Of a stretch of DNA of 64,000 nucleotides, positions 47,710 to 55,446 are shown one piece after another; position 1 is the first letter of the stretch, and each line of letters begins with the position of its first letter. The notes under the pieces are model-generated. The model was not told the origin of the DNA. It did not search any database and saw only the letters and a program-made list of their open reading frames with translations. The DNA comes from Bordetella parapertussis (lineage in GTDB: Bacteria > Pseudomonadota > Gammaproteobacteria > Burkholderiales > SG8-41). Location of the stretch: positions 2,651 to 66,650 of the forward strand of contig CAMATZ010000034.1 of assembly GCA_945861275.1 (NCBI GenBank), read 5' to 3'. The position numbers were made by a program, and so were the translations under genes.

Positions 47710-48318
47710 CTAAATCTTCCCGCGCCGCTTCAACCGGCTCAGCGTTTCCGGTGACAAATTCAAATAAGATGCCAGTTCTTTTTTGGGCAGTCGCGCGACC
47801 AGCTCAGCGTGTTTACGCATAAAGCGCTGCACCCGTCCCGGCGCATTCAAGAGATGCAAGGTGATGGTGTGTGCCATGACTTCGCTCATCAGCTTCATCA
47901 CTTCAAGCTCGAACTCGCCCTTGAGTTTGGCATGCCGCTCTAGAAACGCCGCCCACTGCAGCATCGACAGCTTGGCTGCACGCACTTTGGTGACTGCGCG
48001 GATCGAGTAGGGCATCGGCATTTTCAGCCGCCACGCGGCGTAGCTGGTGTCGATGTCGCTTTCTGCGGCAAAGCGCAAAATCATTTCTTTGCCTTGCGCA
48101 TTGGAAACTGCCCGTTTCAAAATGCCGTCGATGACGAAATATTGCTCCATCGCGTGCGTGCCCTGGAGTTCCAGTGTTTCGCCCTTCGCATAGTCGATAA
48201 TTTCCAGCAACGGCTCGAATTCGTTCCATTGCGCGACGCCAAGGTTGGTCAGCACCAGGTTTTGCCGCAATTGCAGGCGTATGATTTTGGACTGGGGGTG
48301 CAGCGCAAGCTGGGTCAT
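47710..48318 (-). CDS. Crp/Fnr-family transcriptional regulator (cNMP-binding-like domain + C-terminal HTH)
   Basis: 202 aa. ...FVIDGILKR... beta-roll region and C-terminal ...KELASYLNLSPETLSRLKRR helix-turn-helix. No N-terminal Cys cluster, so it is not a canonical Fe-S Fnr. Confidence 0.8.
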   Translation of the reverse strand: MTQLALHPQSKIIRLQLRQNLVLTNLGVAQWNEFEPLLEIIDYAKGETLELQGTHAMEQYFVIDGILKRAVSNAQGKEMILRFAAESDIDTSYAAWRLKMPMPYSIRAVTKVRAAKLSMLQWAAFLERHAKLKGEFELEVMKLMSEVMAHTITLHLLNAPGRVQRFMRKHAELVARLPKKELASYLNLSPETLSRLKRRGKI

Positions 48319-48390
48319 GGGGATTGGCTGAAATCAGGGGCTTTTATTTTATAACTAATTGTTTATTAAGTAAATTTTTGGCGTGGAATC

Positions 48391-48432
48391 TTGACTCCGG
48401 TCAAGGCCAGGGTAGCAGCCATTACCTATAGT
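48391..48432 (+). promoter_or_regulatory. Crp/Fnr-type box plus -10 hexamer: class-II-type promoter of frc
   Basis: The box is TTGACTCCGGTCAA at 48391..48404. TATAGT at 48427..48432 starts exactly 29.5 nt from the box centre. Confidence 0.5.
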
Positions 48433-48600
48433 TGCGCCCTCGCGTAGCGGGTAACGGGTGAGGGATGATGCGGCGTGGCTGCATTGTACAATCAGCGATA
48501 TTTTGGACGGCCTCATTGCGCGACTGAGCGCTGCGATAACGCGGTCGGATGGAACGGACAATACTACCGTTCGTCCGCTGCTGTATTTCAGGAGAACAGC

Positions 48601-49872
48601 ATGGAAGCATTAAAAGGTGTTCGAATCCTGGACATGACGCACGTGCAGGCGGGCCCGACCTGCTCGCAGTTGCTGGCGTGGATGGGCGCGGACGTGATCA
48701 AGTTCGAGCCGCCGCAGGGCGACGCCACGCGCGGCCAGCTGCGCGATGTGCCGAACGCCGACAGTCTTTATTTCACCATGTTGAATTGCAACAAGCGTTC
48801 GATCACAGTGAACATGAAGCACCCGGAAGGCAAAAAAGTTTTCATCGATTTGCTGATGCAGTGCGACATCATCATGGAAAACTTTGGTCCCGGCGTGCTC
48901 GATCGCTTTGGCTTCACCTGGGAAAAAATCCACGAACTTAACCCGAAGATCGTGATGGGATCGATCAAGGGTTTCGGTTCCAGCGGCCCGTATTCGGATT
49001 TTAAAGCCTACGAAAACGTGGCGCAGGCGATGGGTGGCTCGATGAGCACCACCGGCGTGCCCGAAGGCCCGCCGTTTGTCACCGGCGCGCAGATTGGCGA
49101 CTCCGGCACGGGTTTGCATCTGGCAATCGGACTATTGGCGGCGCTTCATCAGGCTAACCGTACTGGCCAGGGTCAATACGTCGAAGTGGCGATGATGGAC
49201 GGGGTAATGAATCTGTGCCGCGTGAAATGGCGCGATCATCAGCGGCTCAAGCACCAGTCGTTGTCCGAGTATTCGGTGCCTACGGCGCAGGGTATGGATG
49301 ACGTGCCGCGCGCGGGCAATGATTCCGGCGGCGGGCAGTTGGGCAACGCCATTCATTGCAAGCCGGGCGGCCCCAACGATTACATCTATGTGGTGGTGCA
49401 GGAAGCGGTATGGGACGGCCTCGCGAAACGCATCGGTCCCGACGTGGGTTTGCACGATCTGGCGACAGACGCGCGCTTCGCCAGGATCGGCGACCGGCGC
49501 AAAAATCAGCAGGCGATGTGGACGCTGATCACAAAGTTTGCGTCGAACTACAGCAAGCGCGAATTCATGGCGATACTCAATCCTCTGGATGTGCCTTGCG
49601 GGCCGATTATGTCCACTGAAGACCTGGCGACCGACGAGCATGTGCGCGGCCGCGACATGTACGTCGAACTCGATCATCCGCAGCGCGGCAAGTGGTGGAA
49701 CGTCGGCATGCCGATCAAGTTGTCGGCGTCACCGGCGGTTATCAAGCGCTCGCCCACGCTGGGCGAGCATACTGATGAAGTTTTGAAACAGGTGCTGGGC
49801 TACGCGGACGACAAGGTTGCTCAGTTGAAGGCGGCAGGCGCATTTTCGTTGCCGCCGAAGAAAACTGCGTAG
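48601..49872 (+). CDS. frc: Formyl-CoA:oxalate CoA-transferase
   Basis: ATG 48601 after GGAGAA. MEALKGVRILDMTHVQAGPTCSQLLAWMGADVIKFEPPQGDATRG... is a class III CoA-transferase, Frc-type. Confidence 0.9.
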   Translation: MEALKGVRILDMTHVQAGPTCSQLLAWMGADVIKFEPPQGDATRGQLRDVPNADSLYFTMLNCNKRSITVNMKHPEGKKVFIDLLMQCDIIMENFGPGVLDRFGFTWEKIHELNPKIVMGSIKGFGSSGPYSDFKAYENVAQAMGGSMSTTGVPEGPPFVTGAQIGDSGTGLHLAIGLLAALHQANRTGQGQYVEVAMMDGVMNLCRVKWRDHQRLKHQSLSEYSVPTAQGMDDVPRAGNDSGGGQLGNAIHCKPGGPNDYIYVVVQEAVWDGLAKRIGPDVGLHDLATDARFARIGDRRKNQQAMWTLITKFASNYSKREFMAILNPLDVPCGPIMSTEDLATDEHVRGRDMYVELDHPQRGKWWNVGMPIKLSASPAVIKRSPTLGEHTDEVLKQVLGYADDKVAQLKAAGAFSLPPKKTA

Positions 49873-49880
49873 AACCAAAA

Positions 49881-49982
49881 GGGCGTGAACGGGTGAACGG
49901 GTGAACGAGTGAACGGGTAAAATCCCCATCGGCTCGCCCTGTAGTTACTCGTTCACTTGTTCACTCGTTAACTCGTTCACTC
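49881..49982. repeat. Long hairpin whose arms are tandem 8-nt units (GTGAACGR / YCGTTCAC)
   Basis: The left arm is GGGC GTGAACGG GTGAACGG GTGAACGA GTGAACGG GTAA. After a 24-nt loop, the right arm is TTACTCGTTCA CTTGTTCA CTCGTTAA CTCGTTCACTC. It starts 9 nt after the frc stop and ends 8 nt before the next ATG. Confidence 0.75.
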
Positions 49983-49989
49983 AAACACT

Positions 49990-50922
49990 ATGAAAATTGC
50001 AATCATTGGGCAGCAGGATTTTGGCAAAGCAGTGCTGGATGCTTTTCTCGCGCGCGGTGATGAGGTCGCCGGCGTGTTCTGCGCACCCGAAAAACCGGGC
50101 GCCAGGCCCGACCCCGTGCGCGCTGCTGCCGAGGAAAAAAAGCTCAAAGTGTTCCAGTTTAAATCGCTGCGCGAGCCGGATGCGCACGCTGCGCTGAAAA
50201 GCCTGAGTGTGGACATCGGCATCATGGCCTATGTGCTGCAATTCGCGCCGGATACGTTTGTGCATCTGCCGCGTCTGGGCACGATTCAATATCACCCGTC
50301 GCTGCTGCCAAAATACCGCGGGCCATCGTCGATCAACTGGCCGATCATGCGCGGCGACACGCAAACCGGATTAACCGTTTTTCGTCCGAATGAAGGTCTG
50401 GACGAAGGCCCGGTGGTGCTGCAAAAAGCATGCGCGATAGGCCCCGATGACACACTGGGCGATGTCTATTTCAACCATCTTTTTCCGCTGGGCGTAAAAG
50501 CCATGCTCGAAGCCGCCGATCTGGTGTATGCGGGCAAACACAGCGAGACCGTGCAGGACGAGTCGAAGGCGAGCTACGAGGGCTGGTGCCGCGCGGGTGA
50601 GTCGCGTATCCATTGGGCCAGCCATGTGGATTCCGTCTACAACCTGATTCGCGGCTGCAACCCCGCGCCCGGTGCGTGGACCATGCTTAATGGCAAAAAA
50701 GTGCAGATCTTCGATGCGCGCAAGCATCAGTCCCGCCGTTTTGCGGATGTCGCCGGGAAAATGGGCGAGATTTCCGCGATGGGTGAGCAAAGTTTTCGTG
50801 TCACCACTCAGGGCGGCACGATAGAAGTACTGCGCGCGCGCGGTGAAGATGGCAAAAAGCTGTCCGGTGGAGAGTTTGCCAAAGCGAATAATATTGCGAA
50901 CGGCATGGTGTTCGATACCTGA
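49990..50922 (+). CDS. Formyltransferase-fold protein resembling the N-terminal hydrolase domain of 10-formyl-THF dehydrogenase
   Basis: MKIAIIGQQDFGKAVL..., IQYHPSLLPKYRGPSSINWPIMRGD (formyltransferase active-site region), ...SYEGW...IHW...NLIRGCNPAPGAWT (C-terminal Fmt-like domain). Confidence 0.75.
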   Translation: MKIAIIGQQDFGKAVLDAFLARGDEVAGVFCAPEKPGARPDPVRAAAEEKKLKVFQFKSLREPDAHAALKSLSVDIGIMAYVLQFAPDTFVHLPRLGTIQYHPSLLPKYRGPSSINWPIMRGDTQTGLTVFRPNEGLDEGPVVLQKACAIGPDDTLGDVYFNHLFPLGVKAMLEAADLVYAGKHSETVQDESKASYEGWCRAGESRIHWASHVDSVYNLIRGCNPAPGAWTMLNGKKVQIFDARKHQSRRFADVAGKMGEISAMGEQSFRVTTQGGTIEVLRARGEDGKKLSGGEFAKANNIANGMVFDT

Positions 50923-50953
50923 GCGAGTGGCTTTTTGGCGTTGCCCGCTGCCA

Positions 50954-50979
50954 GGGCCGTGGATTCCACGGCCCTTTTT
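50954..50979 (+). terminator. Rho-independent terminator
   Basis: GGGCCGTGG-ATT-CCACGGCCC followed by TTTTT. Confidence 0.7.
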
Positions 50980-51215
50980 CTTTGTCCAGCTGCGCGATAT
51001 AAGCATTTGATTTAATTAATTTATTTTTTAAATGCCACTTTCTCCAAACAGCGAGTTGCGTCAAAAAGGCAATGGCAGGGAAACAAAGTCGCGCAATCGC
51101 GTTGCGGACGCGCATCAAAACGCACTGGAAAATAAGGCAAAATTCAGAAAAGAGTAAAATAAATCAGTGAATTGCGTTATCTTGTTCATGATAATTGTTA
51201 GATATTTTCAGGCGC

Positions 51216-53753
51216 ATGAAAAAATCCGGGTTTTGGAAGGCTGACTGGTTTCTGGGCGTCGTAGTGACGCTTTTGGTGCTGGCGACCGTCAGTAGCGACT
51301 TGGTGCAAAGTCTGGAGCGCAAGGCCTACGACCTTGGCGTGAAGGCGACATCGCGCACGCCGTCCGACAAAATCGCGGTCATTGCCATAGACAAACAAAG
51401 CATCGACAACATCGGGCGCTGGCCATGGCCGCGCGAGGTGCACGCGCGCATGACGGATATTCTGTCCGCGGCGCGTGCCAAGGTCATTTCGAATAACGCT
51501 TTTTTCTTCGAGCCGCAAATCGATCCCGGCCTCACCTACATCAACAAATTGCTGGCGCTCTACAACAGTAATGCACCGGGCGCCGCGCCTAACGCGGAAC
51601 TTGAACGCTTCGGCGCTGTGTTGCGCGAAGCCGAAACCGCGCTCAACGCCGACCGCAAGCTTGCGGCAAGCTTTGCCAAGGCCGGCAACGTGTTGCTGCC
51701 TTTTGTGTTTGAGCAGTTTGCCGATCCGCTGGGCAATCCCGACAAGCCCCTGCCCAAATATGCCAGCGACCAAAGCGTGCCCGCGGCGCCGCGTTTGACG
51801 CATGGCATGAATCCGACGTTTCCGGTGGCTGAGCTTGCCGCCGCCGCGAACGGCATGGGCCACCTGAATACGCTGGTGGATGTGGATGGCGCGGTGCGTA
51901 CCGAAGCGCTGCTGGTGCGTTACTACGATCGTGCTTTTCCGTCGCTGCCGGTGATGGTTGCCGCGCGCAGCCTGAATTTGCAACTCTCCGACATCAAGCT
52001 TGGCGACGAAGCCCTGCAAGTGGGCCGCCTCAGGATACGCACCGACGACAGTCTGCGCATGAACACGTTTTTCTATTCCGGGAAGGATGGCGCGCCGGCG
52101 TTCCCGGTGGATTCGTTTTTTGATGTCTTGATGGGCAAGATTCCGGCGTCGAAATATCAGGACAAAATCGTATTGATCGGCCCTACCGCTGCGGGGTTGG
52201 GCACCACGCAAGTCACGCCGGTGTCACCGGCTACGCCGCCGGTGCTGACCATGGCGCACACGGTGTCGAGCATTTTGGGCGAGCATTTTTTCGTCGCGCC
52301 GGCGTGGGGCCTGTGGGTGGAACGCGCGGTGCTGCTGGCGGTGGCGCTGTATCTGATACTGGCGCTGCCGCGGCTCAATGCGCGCATGGGCGCGGTCGCC
52401 ACGATGACCTTGCTGATCGTGTTGGTGGCGACGCACTTCGTGCTGATGATGACACAGCTCATGTGGCTGCAATTGATGGCGGCGGTGACCTTGCTGCTGT
52501 TTGGCCACGCCGCACTGGTGACTAAACGATTTATTGTTACCGAGCGCGGCAAGGAAAAGGCGGATGTCGAGTCCGCCGAATCGAATCGCATGCTGGGCCT
52601 TGCGTTTCAGGGCCAAGGGCAGCTCGACATGGCGTTTGATAAATTTCGCAAGCTCGCTGTAGACGACAGCGTGATGGAAATTCTCTACAACCTCGCGCTG
52701 GATTTCGAACGCAAGCGCCAGTTTAACAAGGCGGAATCGGTTTTCAGCTATATGAATGCGTACAACCCGAAATTCCGTGATCTCGAACAGCGCCTGTCGC
52801 GCGCAAGAAACATGGCGGAAACCGTGATACTCGGTGGCGCCGGTCAGAGTCATCCCGGCGGTACCATGGCGCTGGCGGGTAGCGGCATGGAAAAGCCGAT
52901 GCTGGGCCGTTATCAGGTGGAGAAGGAGCTCGGCAAGGGCGCGATGGGCGTGGTGTACCTCGGCAAAGACCCCAAGATCGGGCGCGTGGTGGCGATCAAA
53001 ACGATGGCTTTGTCACAGGAGTTTGAAGCCGACGAACTGGTTGAAGTGAAAGAACGATTCTTCCGCGAAGCCGAAACGGCGGGCCGGCTCACCCACCCGA
53101 ATATCGTAACCATGTACGATGCCGGCGACGAGCACGATCTGGCTTTTATTGCGATGGAGTTTCTCAAGGGCCGCGATTTGATGGCCTACACCAAGCCGGA
53201 CAACCTGTTGCCTCTCGGCACCACGCTTTCCATTGTCGCGCGGGTGGCCGAGGCGCTCGGCTATGCCCACAAGAACAACGTGGTGCATCGCGACATCAAG
53301 CCCGCCAACGTCATGTATGATCCTGAATCCGACAGCGTAAAGGTCACGGATTTTGGCATTGCGCGGATTACCGATTCGTCAAAAACCAAAACCGGCATGG
53401 TATTGGGAACGCCGTCGTACATGTCGCCCGAACAGCTGTCGGGCAAAAAGGTCGAAGGGCATTCGGATATGTTTTCGCTTGGGGTGACGCTCTACCAGCT
53501 TGCCAGCGGTCATTTGCCGTTTACCGGGGACTCCATGGCGCAGCTCATGTTCCGCATTGCCAATGAAGCGCACGTAGATATCCGTCAGCACAACGCGAGC
53601 CTCCCGGCCTGCGTCGCAGCGATTGCCAACAAGGCCCTTGCCAAAGAACCCGAACAGCGCTATCAAAGCTGTGACCAAATGGCCAAGGCGCTGCGTTTGT
53701 GCCTGAGTAGCCTGAAGGGCATGCCCAAACCCGCCTCGGAAACGGCGCGCTAA
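51216..53753 (+). CDS. CHASE2-sensor, membrane-anchored Hanks-type Ser/Thr protein kinase
   Basis: ATG 51216 (MKKSGFWKADW...). The CHASE2 hallmark is IAVIAIDKQSIDNIGRWPWPREVHA. TM segments and a TPR-like stretch follow, then the kinase (GKGAMGVVYLGKD...VAIK, HRDIKPANV, DFGIAR, GTPSYMSPE). Confidence 0.85.
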   Translation: MKKSGFWKADWFLGVVVTLLVLATVSSDLVQSLERKAYDLGVKATSRTPSDKIAVIAIDKQSIDNIGRWPWPREVHARMTDILSAARAKVISNNAFFFEPQIDPGLTYINKLLALYNSNAPGAAPNAELERFGAVLREAETALNADRKLAASFAKAGNVLLPFVFEQFADPLGNPDKPLPKYASDQSVPAAPRLTHGMNPTFPVAELAAAANGMGHLNTLVDVDGAVRTEALLVRYYDRAFPSLPVMVAARSLNLQLSDIKLGDEALQVGRLRIRTDDSLRMNTFFYSGKDGAPAFPVDSFFDVLMGKIPASKYQDKIVLIGPTAAGLGTTQVTPVSPATPPVLTMAHTVSSILGEHFFVAPAWGLWVERAVLLAVALYLILALPRLNARMGAVATMTLLIVLVATHFVLMMTQLMWLQLMAAVTLLLFGHAALVTKRFIVTERGKEKADVESAESNRMLGLAFQGQGQLDMAFDKFRKLAVDDSVMEILYNLALDFERKRQFNKAESVFSYMNAYNPKFRDLEQRLSRARNMAETVILGGAGQSHPGGTMALAGSGMEKPMLGRYQVEKELGKGAMGVVYLGKDPKIGRVVAIKTMALSQEFEADELVEVKERFFREAETAGRLTHPNIVTMYDAGDEHDLAFIAMEFLKGRDLMAYTKPDNLLPLGTTLSIVARVAEALGYAHKNNVVHRDIKPANVMYDPESDSVKVTDFGIARITDSSKTKTGMVLGTPSYMSPEQLSGKKVEGHSDMFSLGVTLYQLASGHLPFTGDSMAQLMFRIANEAHVDIRQHNASLPACVAAIANKALAKEPEQRYQSCDQMAKALRLCLSSLKGMPKPASETAR

Positions 53754-53762
53754 GAGCCAACG

Positions 53763-54578
53763 ATGACCATGGCAAGCAAGCAATTCGATATGGCCAGTGC
53801 AACCGACGTGGGACGGGTGCGCGCGCACAATGAAGACAGTATTGCGGCGGATGTGGATCTCGGACTGGCGACGCTGGCCGATGGCATGGGCGGCTACAAT
53901 GCCGGCGAGGTGGCGAGCGGCATCGCGGTGGCGATGGTGCCGCAGGAAATGCGCAAGCTTTCCGCCGCCCAGGCCTTGCACGGACTGAACGATGAAGCGG
54001 TGCAACAATTGATGGCCGCGCAGGCCTCCAAAGTGAATAGCGCGATTTATACTGCTGCGCAAAGCCAAACGCAGTATACCGGCATGGGTACCACGCTGGT
54101 CATCGCGTATTGGCATGGTGACCGCGTGACGGTGGCCCATTTGGGAGATTCGCGTTGTTATCGCGTGCGCGGCGCCGCGGTGACGCCGCTCACCCGCGAC
54201 CACTCGTGGATACAGGAACAAATCGACGCCGGTTTGATGACCTACGAACAGGCGCGCACCTCCAAGAAAAAAAATCTGGTCACGCGCGCCTGCGGCATTG
54301 ATCTGAATGTGGCGCCCGAAGTTCACACCCACACAGTGGAGGCGGGTGATATTTACGTGTTGTGTTCCGACGGCCTCTACGACATGGTGCCAGACGAGGA
54401 TATACAGTTGACGGTGTCGTCGCTGAAATCCAACCTGACGCTGGCGGCGCAGCAACTGGTGCAGCAGGCCAACGACAATGGCGGGCGCGACAATATTTCA
54501 GTGATACTGGTGCATGTGCTCAAGGTGGCTCAGGCGCCGGCAGGTTTAATCGCGCGTTTGAAAAATTGGTTTAAATAA
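53763..54578 (+). CDS. PP2C-family Ser/Thr protein phosphatase
   Basis: DVGRVRAHNEDS, LADGMGGYNAGEVAS, GTTLV, LCSDGL, DNISVILV. Confidence 0.9.
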   Translation: MTMASKQFDMASATDVGRVRAHNEDSIAADVDLGLATLADGMGGYNAGEVASGIAVAMVPQEMRKLSAAQALHGLNDEAVQQLMAAQASKVNSAIYTAAQSQTQYTGMGTTLVIAYWHGDRVTVAHLGDSRCYRVRGAAVTPLTRDHSWIQEQIDAGLMTYEQARTSKKKNLVTRACGIDLNVAPEVHTHTVEAGDIYVLCSDGLYDMVPDEDIQLTVSSLKSNLTLAAQQLVQQANDNGGRDNISVILVHVLKVAQAPAGLIARLKNWFK

Positions 54579-54594
54579 GTGCGGGGAAATAATC

Positions 54595-55365
54595 ATGGCT
54601 AAGGTGATACTCAGTCTTGAAGGCTCGGTGATTCGGGAAATGAGCCTGGACAAGGAGCGCGTGACAATCGGGCGCAAGCCGCAGAACGACATTCAGATCG
54701 AGAATCTGGCAGTCAGCAGCGAGCACGCGCGCATCGTGACCATATTGAACGATTCGTTTCTGGAGGATTAGGGTTCCACCAACGGCACTATGGTCAACGG
54801 CAACCCGATCAAAAAGCACATTCTGCAGAATAACGACGTTATCGAAATCGGCAAATACACGCTCAATTTCGTGAGCGACGCGCCGGTGGCGAGTCAGGCC
54901 TCGGCCGAAGACTTCGAGCGCACCATGGTGTTGCGTGCACCGCCCGCGGCCCAGCGTGCGCCTGCTGCGCCTGCCCCTGCAGTGGAACTCAATGCCTTAA
55001 CCGCGCCGCTACCCAAAGTGACTCTGGCGAAGCCTGCAGCGGCAGCGCCCGGCGCCGCCGCGCCCGCACAGAAAGCGGCAGCGGCGCCGGCTGCCGCAGC
55101 GCAAGCGTGGATACAGATCATGAGCGGTCCGGGTGTTGGCAAAGAGGCGCCTTTAATCAAAAATCTCACCACGCTGGGCAAGCCCGGCGTGCAAGTCGCG
55201 GTGATCGCCAGACGACCGCAGGGTTACTTCATTACACATGTGGAGGGGACGAATTACCCGGTGTTAAACAATAAGAAACTGGACACCCAGGCGCATCTTC
55301 TGGGCGATCATGATCTGATCGAAATCGCCGGGGTAAAAATGGAGTTTTTCTTCAGGCAGTCGTGA
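54595..55365 (+). pseudogene. Double-FHA-domain protein gene interrupted by an in-frame TAG (54769..54771)
   Basis: Own translation from ATG 54595: MAKVILSLEGSVIREMSLDKERVTIGRKPQNDIQIENLAVSSEHARIVTILNDSFLED*GSTNGTMVNGNPIKKHILQNNDVIEIGKYTL.... The stop replaces the Leu of the FHA motif LEDLGSTNGT (TTG to TAG is one change). The same frame continues into ORF 54790..55365, which carries an Ala/Pro linker and a second FHA-like domain. Confidence 0.6.
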
Positions 55366-55446
55366 GGGCGCCACACGTATTCGTCCGCGGCTGCGCCAGG
55401 CATCGCGCGCGCAAGCTGACGTCCGCATTTTAAGCAAAGCATCAAC

